Assembly: GCF_018350175.1 (NCBI RefSeq)
Contig: NC_058368.1
Span: 22,012,001 to 22,076,000, forward strand
DNA: 64,000 nt
Source of the DNA: Felis catus
Taxonomy: Eukaryota
Direction: 5' to 3'
The notes under the pieces are model-generated. The model did no database searches and was not told where the DNA came from. It saw only the letters and a program-made list of their open reading frames with translations. Shown here in pieces: positions 10,459 through 22,148 of this stretch. The position numbers and the translations under genes were made by a program. The number at the start of each line of letters is the position of its first letter. The stretch's first letter is position 1.

Positions 10459-13350
10459 AGTGTAGATTTTTTCCCCATTATCAATTGATGCATGCTGTTT
10501 AATTAGAAAAAATGTAGTAACACCTTTGAAATGAATATGGTATTTTGTGGCAGAATATAGAGTAAATCTACTTATCTTCATAAAAAATCAATAAAAACTG
10601 CTCTCAATCTGTTTGGAGTTACTGCATTTGATATTTTAGAAATCCTAATGATTTTATTAGTGAAGTTTTTGGGGTGTAAGCACTTTTAAATAAAAATAAC
10701 ATTTAAAATATGATAGATTTTTCCACCTCATTAACTTAAAAACCAAATTTGCATGTAAGTCATCTCTGTTTAAAATTATTTTTGAAGTACTACTTGAAAT
10801 ACCTTTTTATGCTTTGCAGTAATTTTGATCATACAAATGTTACTTTGGGGGAACATTTTGAGATTAATTTTCAGAAATATTTCTATATTCCTTATTAATT
10901 GGTGCATTTTGCCATCACTTTTCTAGTCTTTAACAAAATGGTTCATTATGGGGATAAATGTGACTAAAAATAAAAAATGATTTAAAACCGTATGAAGATC
11001 AAAATCACCATTGAAGTTTGTGGTGTTTGTTAATCAATGAAATGATTGAATGAATGCCTGAGTCATGAGGATGACCGTTAACTACAAAAAATGCTTGTGA
11101 GATAAAACATGTGGGACATTCAGATTATTTCATTTAAAGAGAAAATGTTTCTTTTTAAAAGGAAATATTTGAAGTATTATATATTTAGCCTTTTTTAAAA
11201 GAAATTGAAAAACTATAATTTTGCCTTTACTATGACTTCTCCCTTTGTAATAATCTCATTTGTTTCTGCTGTTTAAACTATAATTTTTGTGGGGGCACCT
11301 GGGTGGCTCAGTCAGTTGAGCACCCAACTTCAGCTCAGGTCATGATCTTACAGTTTGTGAGTTCGAGCCCTGCGTCAGGCTCTTTGCTGATGGCTCAGAG
11401 CCTGGAGCCTGCTTCGGATTCTGTGTCTCCCTCTCTCTCTGCCCCTCCCCCACTTGTGCTCTGTCTCTGTCTCTCAAAAATAAATAAATGTAAAAAAATA
11501 AAAATAAAAAACTATAATTTTTGTGCAGATAAGCCATAATTCTATGTCAAATTCTGTTCTTTTAAGCTCTTAGCACTCATTTCTCATAGATTTTTGGACA
11601 GCTAGATCTACTCAACTTGTATGCAACTCAACATCTTTTATGTTTCCTATCTTGATTAACGGTGTAGTTATCTTCTGAGTGGATCAGATTTAAAACTTCA
11701 AATTCTTGGGGCACCTGGGTGGCTCAGTCAGTTAAGTGTCCAACTTTGGCTCAGGTCATGATCTCACAGTTTGTGGGTTCAAGCCCCGTGTCGGGCTCTG
11801 TGCTGACAGCTCAGAGCCTAGAGCCTGCTTTGGATTCTATGTCTCCTCTGTCTCTGTCCCCCCCGCCCCCCGCATAAATGAACATTAAAAAAATAAATAA
11901 ATAAAACTTCAAATTCTTCCCTCTCCCTTTTGCCCAACTCTACAATCTGTAGCTTCAACCTCCAAAATCACTTTCCTCTTTTTTCTACTTTCATTGCCAC
12001 AGCCTACTGTAGGTCCTCTTTTTCTTAACGTTTTATATGCCACTGTATTTTTGACAAAGCCTTCACTTCTCAACTTGGAATTTGTATTAGTTAAGATGTA
12101 TGTTTGTGACATTCTGTATGTATGTCCTGTGACAACCTAAAAAATAATTGTGGCCCCAAGTTTTTTAATAAAGTTATTTTATTTTAAAAAATTACAAATT
12201 TCTTTCATATCCAAAAAGATGAGCTAATTAGGTTGCTTTGCTGCAAAAAATTGTGGGGAGTCTCCAAGATCCTTCTGACCTGTTGCTCTGCCACTTCATC
12301 CTTCAGCTCCATCTTGTGGACCAAGATGGCTGCTTCACTTCCTGCCATTTTTATGCCACATGCTTAGGTTAAAAGGCTGAAAGGTATAATGGTAGGAAAC
12401 ACAGAATATTTGCACATGGGGGTTGAAATAGGATTTTATCCTCTAATTTTTAAAAAGCTATATTGTCACAAATTTTTAAGTAACAATTTCAGTGAGAATG
12501 TCATGAACTTTTGATGATTCTGTTTGGTTCCTACAATTAGATTTGGGAGGAACAAGGTGTGTAGCTTGTGATCCTAAACTATCACTTGCAAACTTGGGGA
12601 CTACTTTATACTTTCCTTTTCTCTGTGAAAACGGTTCTCACTGCCTTCAATTAACCTTTGAAAGTAATGGATGCCTAGCTCAGCTTCCTCTTTGGAATAT
12701 AGACAGGTTTAATTTAATCACAACCTCTTGCCCTGTACTCAAAGTCTTCATTTAAGCATGTTTTATATTACCTTGTTTCTCACAGGCTGTGACAAACAAA
12801 ATAATTCCTTGGAAAGCAAGACTTGTTCCTGAGTCATGAACAAGTTTGCATGCAGTTGGTATTGGATGCATGTTTGCTCATTTGAAGTATATTTCATATT
12901 TCAAATAGGATAAAAAATTGGATGGGAAGGTCCATGGTGGGCCTAGCTTGCCTTACATGTAAAGTAGGATCTATACCTCTGGAGGATGTACTGGTCTCTT
13001 ACAAATCAACAAATAAGAACATCAATACCCTGACAAAAGGAGCAAAGGACATGAACTCATAATCACAAAATAACAAGCACAGATGGCTTATGTGAAAAAT
13101 ATTTAACTTGTAATTAGGGAAATAAATATTTACATAAGCAATTTGTAGGGCACCTGGGTGGCTCAGTTAAGTGTCTGACTCTTGGTGTCTGCTCAGGTCA
13201 TGATCTCGCAGTTTATGAGTTCGAACCCCACATCTGGCTCTGTGTTGACAGTGCAGAGTCTGCTTGGGAGTCTCTCTCTGCCTCTCTCTCTCTGCCCCTC
13301 CCCTACTCACTCACCCTCTCTCTCAAATAAATAAACTTTAAAAAAATTTA
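10189..13350 (+). mobile_element. Four Can-SINEs (10189-10388, 11292-11510, 11708-11905, 13148-13350)
   Basis: gggcgcctgggtggctcag heads and A tails. TSDs include aaactataatttttgtg and taaaacttcaaattctt. Confidence 0.88.
10413..10456. repeat. (TA)n microsatellite
   Basis: Perfect dinucleotide run. Confidence 0.95.
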
Positions 13351-16300
13351 ACAAGCAGTTTGTCAGAATGCATTGAGACAAAACTATATATACTCTGACC
13401 CTTTGTAAGGAAACTTCTATGGAAATGGAGATGGGGTCAAAGCTTTATGAACACAGTGTAACTGTATTTGGGAATAACTGGAGGTAAGGAATAACTAATG
13501 GTAGAAGAATGGTTTTATAAATTATTACACATTCATCATGGTAGACTATATTTCAGCTTGTTAAAAGTATTTTCAAAAGGTGTTTAATGATACAGGGTAC
13601 TTAGTGATGTTGGAGAAAGGTCACCATTTTGTGTTAAGTGAGAAAAGTATAGAATAGTAATTGAGGAAATGAAATGAGATACCACTATGCAGCCTATATA
13701 GAATGGCCAAAAAAAAAAAAAAAAAAGGAAGGAAGGAAAAAAAATAGCAAGTGCTGGCAAGGATGCAAGGCAACAGGATTCAAATCTTGCTGGTGGGACT
13801 GCAAATACCAGTCATTTGGAAGACAGTTTGGCAGTTTTTAGAAAATCAAACATGCATTTATTATGAGACCTGGCAATCTCACTTCTAGGTTGAAGTCATC
13901 TCATTTCTGAGTTCTTTTTATTCTTATTTGTTGGGTTCTTTCAAGGGTGTCATCTTTTCCTTAATGTAATGTTATATGGCTCATTTTTATGTTTTTTTTT
14001 TCTTATAACAGTATGTATTTATAGCATAGTCAGTTTCCCTGTGTATTTATGTTATCCTGCACTAGGAAGAGGTTTGTTTCTGTATTACATTGCAAGGATG
14101 TACTACTGCAGTTTTAAAAAACCCATTCCCCAATTAAGAGACATCTGGGTTATTTCCAGTGTTTAGTGATTACAAATACAACTGTTATAAATATCTGCAG
14201 AGAAGTGATTTTAGGTTTCATTTCACTTTTCTTGAGAAAAGCATAGAAGAGTCCTTGGGGAAATGCAAATTAAAATCATAATGAGACACCATTACATATT
14301 CCATATAATGGCTAAAAACTAAAACGCACACATTTTCTCTAAGTATTTGTATGTACAGATACTCAAAATGTATAAAACATGAAAAGTTACCAATAACACC
14401 AAAAATATCAGATGTATTAGTAATATATGGGCTCAACTTAATGAAAAAGGTTTTCGGATTTGTGTATACAAAAGGTAGAGCTATACAAGTTATTAATATT
14501 AAAGGGAATTAATAAATGAAGAATTTAAAAAACAATAATCAAGGGAAGACCAAAGATACATCAGATAAATGCAAATTTTAAAACAGGGTTTTCATCTTGG
14601 TATCAGACAAGGCAGGATTTAATTCAAAAAGCATTAAAATAAAGGATATTGTCCAAGTTAAGGGCTACATTCACAATTAAGATTTTTTTAAAATGCCTAT
14701 TTATCAAATAATACATCAACAGCTTTTATGAAGTATAAACTATAAGGGATGTGAGGAGAATTAGAAATCTGCTAATAGAGGACTTTCACACACCTTTCTA
14801 GTACCACTAAGTATATTGTAGGGTAAATCTCCTAGATTTATATCAAAGTTTGAGTCCACTAATGGAGAATACATCTTTTCAAGTGCACAGGAGACAGTTT
14901 AAAAAAATCTGCTATATTAGACCACAAAGAAAACCTCAGTCCCCCCCCCCCCCAAAGTCAAACTTTTGATTACATGCAATAAAACTGGAAGACAATTTTT
15001 AAAATAAAAAATAACACGTGACTAAAGGTGTCTGTAGGACTATGGTAACTTTCTAAATCCAGATCTCACCATACATTCTTTAAAAACCATACAGATCTAT
15101 AAAGAGAGCAAATAAAACCACCACCATCCTTGCCTAACTAATTTCAAATTATGGGTATGTACGGAAGTAAATGCTGAAATGCAGCAGAGTGAGCTCTGGC
15201 ACCCATGCTGAAGTGGCAAATGAGGTTGACACTGCTGAGAACAGGAAAAGGAAGCAAGATCTAGAATCAGTAGAATGCAGATAAAATAACTCCAGAAAGT
15301 GAAAGCCCTACCCTAAGGAAGGAAATACTAACAAATTTGAGACCTGTTAGACAAAAGGAAGGGACTTGAAAGCTCATGGGACCAAAGAGGCAGTCTGAGA
15401 AAGGTATTGCTTTTGAGATAAGAGGAGAGTTGGAAGGGACACTATATACCTGGAGACCTGGTGGTAAGAGTAAGAAAAGATAGTAGAAATTAGGGATCTT
15501 GATGAAAAAGAAGATACATCAACCACTCTCACCCAAAAAGGAATCATTGATTTAAAAAACTGTACTTTATCAAACCAACAGAAGGTGCTGTTGAACTAGA
15601 AAATCTAGTAATCTTTCTAAATCCCTCACTCCTGTCTATATGCTATTGTTAATCTGGTTTAGGAAAATTAGAACATTTCAAAATGAAAAGATACTGGCAC
15701 ATAACATCCATATAAAGTTATTATAAGTAGAAAACATAAATTTTGAGTCAGAATATTTCAGCTGATGGAAAGTCTCTCCCAAAATATTCGACTATAAGAG
15801 CTAAAGAAAACCATAGCACAATACTCCTACCTGAATTAAATATCCACGGATAAGCATTTGCAGAGATAAAGTTCAAATACAAATTCAGAATCCCAAAACA
15901 AATGGACAAAAAGAGGAAGATGTGAAAAGTGAACTTTGCTGATGTGAAATTTGCTGAACTGAGGAAATAAAATGAAGAAAAATCATCTTTTAAAATGAAG
16001 CTAAAGTCCAAGATACCTAAGGGAGAATAGAGTTCCTGAATGTAAGAGGTATTGAGGAAAGACTTGAAGATAGCCAGAAAAAGGAAAATTAAATGAAGAA
16101 AGAGAAAGAGCAAATGATACAGACAATATGTAAAAATTAGAGTTCTTAGGAAGAGAAGAGCAATAGCAGAACTAATATTTAAATTTCAATCCATGAAAAC
16201 ATTCTGGAATGAACAGAAGACTCAAATTGAAAAGGCTGATTGTGTACTGAAAAAATTGATCTAGAATGGTCAACTCCAAGGAATATCCTAGTAAAACTAT

Positions 16301-17500
16301 TGGACATTCAAGTAGTGAAAAATTCCTCTAGGCTTCCAGGTAGACAGAAGACATTAGGAACAAATTTCTCAAGAGCAACATACAAAGCAGAACAGGCACA
16401 GATTGTTAAAGTCTATGAAATTGTAAGACGGGGATTTTATAACTATGACTCCATCCCAGAAAAAGTGAAAACCATGATAAATTCCATACACTAAAAAAAA
16501 GTTACATGATGAAAAGTATCATAAGCAACGTAAAAAGACCAGTGACAAGGTAGGAAGAAATAATTGAATTTACATCACAAAGAGCTGATCTCCTAGCTAA
16601 TCTCTTCTAATAACCTAGAAGTCAGAGCAAATGACTGGCAACCCAATAGAAAATTGGGCCGAAGATACGAGAGGTCATAGAAAAAGAAATGCAGCTGACA
16701 AACACACAAAAGATATTTAACTTCAGTCATACTAAGAGAAATATAAATAAAAGCTATACTAAGGGGTGCCTGGGTGGCTTAGTTGGTTAAGCGTCTGACT
16801 CTTGATTTCAACTCAGGTCATGATCTCATGCTCAAGCCCCAGGTCTGGCTCCTCTCCGAGCTTGGATCCTGCTTAAGGTTCTCTCTCTCCCTCTCTCTCT
16901 GCCCCTCCCCTGCTCGTGTGTCTCCCCCCCGCCAAAGCTATACTAAAAATTATAGCTACACTCAAGCCTTTCTCACCAAAATCCAAAGTTATATAATATG
17001 TTCTGTGGATTGTGGGGAAACAGGCACTTTGATGAATTGCTGGTAGGGATACAAAAGCACAAATCTTGGGAGGGAATTTGGCAGTATCCAACCCGTGTGT
17101 ATAATATACATATATTATATGTATACTAAATTACACGTGCGTTTACTTTTTGACCCGGGCACCTAACTTCTAGGAATCTGTTCTAAAGACACAGTGACAT
17201 AAAATATAAACTGGCATTTGTATGAAGCTACTCACAGCAGCATTACTTGTATTAGCAAAAGATTAGAAACAACCAAAATGCCTGTTAATAGGGGACTAGG
17301 TAACTAAAGTACATTCAATAGTGGAATAATCTCCATTCCCCTTCCAAGTTGCTGTTTTCTCCAGAAGTCATAAAAGAGAGTGTAGAAAGTCTACATGTAC
17401 CAACATTGAATGATCTGCAGAATATATTATGAAGTAGAAAAAACCCCAAAGGCATGAAACAATATATAATCTATAGGTAGAAGGAGGGAATGTGAAAGGT
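13000..17500 (+). mobile_element. Fragmented ancient L1 remnants, mostly + strand
   Basis: L1-like motifs aaatgagataccact...aagtgctggcaaggatg (13672-13766), atcagacaaggcaggatt (14602) and tggagggaatttggcagtatc (17068). Confidence 0.62.
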
Positions 17501-17771
17501 GCCAACAGCGGACAAGAGATTTCTCTGTTACTTATTTATATAGTTTTGACCTTTGAATCATGTATGTTTACATATTCAAAAATTAAATTAAAAAAATAGA
17601 ACTGAAGGCACCTGGATGGGTCAGTTGGTAAGTGTCTGACTTCAGCTAAGGTCATGATTTCATGGCTCGTGAGCGAGCCCTGAGTCCGGTTCTGTGCTAT
17701 CAGCTCAGAGCCTGGAGTCTGGTTTGGATTCTGTCTCCCTCTCTCTGCCCCTTCCCCCTCCCCCCCCCCCC

Positions 17772-17827
<56 letters not shown>

Positions 17828-18174
17828 AAAATAAACATTAAGAAAAAAAGAAGAACTAAAAGAAAAATTTAAGAAGGAATGGAAATAAATTTACATAACT
17901 GTATAGCATTTTGGTGTCATAACCATACAAGAAAAGGAACAATTTCTAGTGACTTTAGGACCTAGATTTAGCATTATTATTGTTATATTGTTATTTTTAA
18001 AGTATTTTATGTATATTATTGGGCAAAATAGATGTAAAATATTGATAATTATTGAATAAAACCACAGAAGTTCATTAAGGCTATAAATTAAGAAAATGTA
18101 GTCTCAAAATTTCTTTGACAGATTGAGCAAAATGGAAGCGAAATACAAAAAAACATAGGACAGCTACATAACAG

Positions 18175-18383
18175 AGTACATGTTATATGGCACTGTGTCA
18201 GACACTATATATATATCATTTGACTCTTGCGTATACATATGGAGAATCATGATATTTTATTCCTAAAAGGTTCAGAGAGGTTACATAATTTGCTTCAGAT
18301 TAGACAGTTACAGAGTGGGAGGTTGAGATTTAAACCCAGATCAATGTGATTCCAAAGCCTGTGCTTTTTCTACTACATTATTG
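18175..18383 (-). mobile_element. MIR SINE inserted within the ZC3H15 retrocopy
   Basis: aggttcagagaggttacataatttgc...gagatttaaacccagatc...gattccaaagcctgtgctttttctactac matches the reverse complement of the MIR 5' half. Confidence 0.78.
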
Positions 18384-18386
18384 CAG

Positions 18387-18535
18387 GATTTCAAATATTG
18401 AGAAGAAAGAACATCAGGAGCTAAATGTTCTATTTAAACCAGTAGTTGCTGCTCAGAAAATACATTAATATGCAGACCCTAAGTCAGTGGTTTATATGTT
18501 CTTCATGCAAGAGCAATGCACTAAAGGAGAGAAGT
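18387..18535 (+). other. CAB39L: Candidate CAB39L 5'UTR exon (149 nt) inside the ZC3H15 retrocopy
   Basis: Acceptor ctttttctactacattattgcag|G at 18386/18387. Donor AGT|GTAAGT at 18535/18536. Confidence 0.62.
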
Positions 18536-19386
18536 GTAAGTTTTCTCTTATTTCTGATGGGGAAATGTAAACACACATACACATATATCCTTATATTGAT
18601 GTCGAAGATAAAAATTTTGTGAAAGTTGCCATCCATGACTGAAATTAATAAAAGATGCAAACTAAAAGTGTGGGAAGTAGGAAAGAAAAACTCTAGTAGG
18701 CATGGATTTTCATGATGCTGTTAAAAGCAAAAAACCCTTCAAAGCTTCTCTTTGTGATACTTAAAAGCTCTTTTAAGCTTTGCACAGCCTTTTTATAAAA
18801 ATTGGCCTCTAGGGGCAACTGGGTGACTCACTCAGTTAAGCGTCTGACTCTTGATTTTGGCTCAGGTCATGATCGCGTGGTCATGAGATTGAGACCAGTG
18901 TCAGTCTCCGCGCTGGACCCTGCAGGCATGGAGCCTGCTTAGGATTTCTCTCTCTCCTTTTTGTCTGCCCCTCCCCCCACTTGTATGCACATGTGTGCAT
19001 TCTCTCTCAAAATAAATAAATAAAAACATTTCTAAAAATTGGCCTTTGAGATACTAGCTTAAGTAAGTTATGTTTCCTGTGGAAGATGAGGGCTAATGGA
19101 TATATTTTGGGGGTGCTAGGGCTCCCCTTCTCTAAGCCACCCCCTCATACCACTACTGGTTTCTCCTGATGATAAAATATTTTCACTTAGTTCAATGCTA
19201 CTTTCTAAAAGTTCTGGCACTTGAAGTAATTGGGGTAGAGGGATTTTCCTGTTTTAATTGGTTTATCTATATATGATTATGGTGGAAATTTAATTTGTAA
19301 TTCTATATACCTGATAACAGTAAGAAAATATATTTGATTTTCTATAAAAGTTTAAAAATTAATTTTGAAGCTTTTCTTTTTGTCAG

Positions 19387-19460
19387 AAGCTGTGTTGATC
19401 AGTGACTTTGGTGAAGACAGAAAGTTGAAACCGATTTGCATATGATATACAACTTCTAAG
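19387..19460 (+). other. CAB39L: Candidate CAB39L 5'UTR exon (74 nt)
   Basis: Strong acceptor cttttctttttgtcag|AAG (NAGNAG tandem) and strong donor AAG|GTAAGC at 19460/19461. Confidence 0.68.
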
Positions 19461-19549
19461 GTAAGCTAATATAATGCCTCAGTCAAGAGTGTAAATGTTC
19501 TTCACATACTTGAAGATTACAGTTAACACACTAAAATAAAACTATACAG

Positions 19550-19551
<2 letters not shown>

Positions 19552-19583
<32 letters not shown>
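19552..19583. repeat. (TA)n microsatellite
   Basis: Perfect dinucleotide run ~90 nt downstream of the 19460 donor. Confidence 0.95.
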
Positions 19584-19585
<2 letters not shown>

Positions 19586-20382
19586 TAATTTAAATTTCAC
19601 AAAGCAATTATAGAAATATTAAATAGATTTCCCTTTCTGGCAGTATGATAGACAAGTGTTCTTGAATTCGGCTCCCCCCACCAAAGATGAAAAACACTAG
19701 ATTTAATATTTAAAAAACCTTCATTATGAGTGGATGAACCTATAAGAAAATAAGGGAAACTTTTTGTGGCTTGAAACAGAAGAAGTACATCCTGTGAGGT
19801 AAGCAAGTGCTGAAGTCACTGAATACTCTGGGGAAATGCATGGATTTCTGTTGGTATTGAAAGTTGTGTATGGAGAGGGATGGGGACAGGGAAAAATTCC
19901 TTGGGTTCTGCAGAGTGTAGGGGGCCTGATCAGACACCATCTTGGAGAGGCATAGAGCTCTGGGTGGAGTTAAAATCTCTCCTACTGGGGCACCTGGCCA
20001 GCTCAGTTGGTAGAGCATGCAACTCTTGATCTTAGGGTTGTGAGTTCAAGCCCCACGGTGGGTGTAGAGATTATTAAAATAAAATAAATAAACTTTGAAA
20101 AAATAAAATCAAATCTCTCCTACTACTTCCTGGTTACTGGCTCACATTCACTTGGATTTGAGGCCTTAATTTATACTATTTTCATGATCCCTAAATACTT
20201 ATTTTCACGGTCTCCCACAAATAGAGAATTTTAATTTGAAATGGACCTTGGTCTCTAACACTTTTCAGTACCTGACAGAAACAATTAAAAATCTTCCACA
20301 GAGGGAGTTATAAATGTTCTTGACAAACATTTGTTTGTCAGAGTATCATTATTAAAATTCTAACAAATAAGCTCTTACACAG

Positions 20383-21783
20383 TTTTTTTTTTAAGTTTAT
20401 TTATTTTTGAGACAGAGAGAGACAGAGCATTAACGGGGGAGGGGCAGAGAGAGAGGGAGACACAGAATCGGAAGCAGGCTCCAGGCTCTGAGCCATCAGC
20501 CCAGAGCCCGACGCGGGGCTCGAACTCATGGACTGCGAGATCGTGACCTGAGCTGAAGTCGGACGCCCAACTGACTGAGCCACCCAGGCACCCCAGTCTT
20601 ACACATTTTTTAAAATCACAAAACATGAAGGGAGAAAATCAAAATTCCATGAGCAAAGAGCAGAAACCACAACCAACCAAAACAAATCTACACAGGTTTT
20701 TCCTATTAGGAATATCCAAGGGGCACCTGGGTGACTCAGTCAGTTAAACATCTGACTCTTGATTTTCACTCAGGTCATGATTTCACAGTCATGAGAAACT
20801 GAACATGGAGCTTGCTTAAGATTCTGTCTTGGGCGCCTGGGTGGCTCTGTCAGTTAAGCATCCGACCTCGGCTCAGGTCATGATCTCACCATTCGTGAGT
20901 TTGAGCCCCATGTCAGGCTCTGTGCTGACAGCTCAGAGCCTGGAGTCTGCCTCAGATTCTGTGTCTCCCTCTCTCTCTGCTCCTGCCCCACTCATTCTCT
21001 GTCTGTCTCTCAAAAATAAATAAACATTTAAAAATTTTGTTAAAGATTCTCTCTCCCCCTCTGCCTCTCTTGCGTGTGCGTGCTCCCTCAAAAAAGAAAT
21101 ACCCAATACATAAAATAAATATTTAATATTTAATACATAAAGGAGGGATGCTAAAACATAAAGAGTAATAGAATTAAAAAAAATTTCTTTAATGTTTATT
21201 TATTTATTTATTAAAAAAAAATTTTTTTTTCAACGTTTATTTATTTTTGGGACAGAGCGAGACAGAGCATGAACGGGGGAGGGGCAGAAAGAGAGGGAGA
21301 CACAGAATCGGAAACAGGCTCCAGGCTCTGAGCCATCAGCCCAGAGCCCGACGCAGGGCTCGAACTCACGGACCGTGAGATCGTGACCTGGCTGAAGTCA
21401 GACGCTTAACCGACTGCGCCACCCAGGCGCCCCTTTAATGTTTATTTTTGAAGGAGAGAGAGACAGCATGAGTGGGGGAGGGACAGAGAGAGGGAGACAC
21501 AGAATCCGAAGCAGGCTCCGGCACAGAGCCTGATGCGGGGCTCAAACTCGCGAACTGTGAGATCATGACCTGGGCCAAAGTTGGACGCTTAACCGACTGA
21601 GCCACCCAGGTGCCCCAAAGAGTAATAGAATTTAAAAGTGACCAGGCATATTAAAATAAGAGCCAATTAGAATATCTGAAATGAAGGGCACCTGGGTGGT
21701 TCAATTGGTTAGGCTCCTGACTCTTTAAAAAAATTTTTTTTATGTTTATTTTTGAGACAGGGAGAGACAGAGCATGAGCAGAG

Positions 21784-21857
<74 letters not shown>

Positions 21858-22148
21858 TCCGAAGAAGGCTCCAGGCTCTGAGCTGTCAGCACAGAACTTG
21901 ACGCGGGGATTGAACTCACAAGCTCTGAGATCATGACCTGAGCTGAAGTTGGACACCCAACCAACTGAGCCACCCAGGTGCCCCAGGTGCCTGATTCTTG
22001 TTTTCAGCTCAGGCCATGACTCACGTTTCGTGGGCTTATGCCCCACATTGGGCTCCGTGCTGACAGTGCAGAGCCTGCTTGGGATTCTCTGTCTCCCTCT
22101 GTCTCTCTGCCCCCTCCACTGCTCACTCTCAAAATAAATAAACTTAAA
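20383..22148. mobile_element. Cluster of seven Can-SINEs including three nested insertions
   Basis: 20383-20594 (-). Host 20720-21095 (+) with insert 20831-21040 (+). Host 21176-21616 (-) with young insert 21202-21433 (-). Host 21686-22148 (+) with insert 21725-21984 (-). Confidence 0.88.

Larger units (their letters stand above)
18059..18730 (+). pseudogene. ZC3H15: Decayed processed pseudogene of ZC3H15 (DFRP1/LEREPO4), interrupted by a MIR
   Basis: 18400-18546 translates [48 protein letters not shown], versus ZC3H15 [49 protein letters not shown]. 18059-18150 gives KPQKFIKAIN*...*QIEQNGSE, versus KQQKFIKAVTH...RQVAQSEAE. From 18592 it gives YIDVEDKNFVK, versus YIDARDEELEK. Multiple stop codons and no introns. 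Confidence 0.9.
16763..20110 (+). mobile_element. Can-SINEs at 16763-16932, 17607-17850, 18811-19037 and a short variant at 19987-20110
   Basis: SINE heads, with TSDs aaagctatactaa, aaaaattggcct and aaatctctcctact. Confidence 0.86.

Noticed and set aside
18040..18058. IIE match extending the ZC3H15 relic further 5'
   Set aside because: Only three codons, within AT-rich sequence that also resembles an old L1 3' end.
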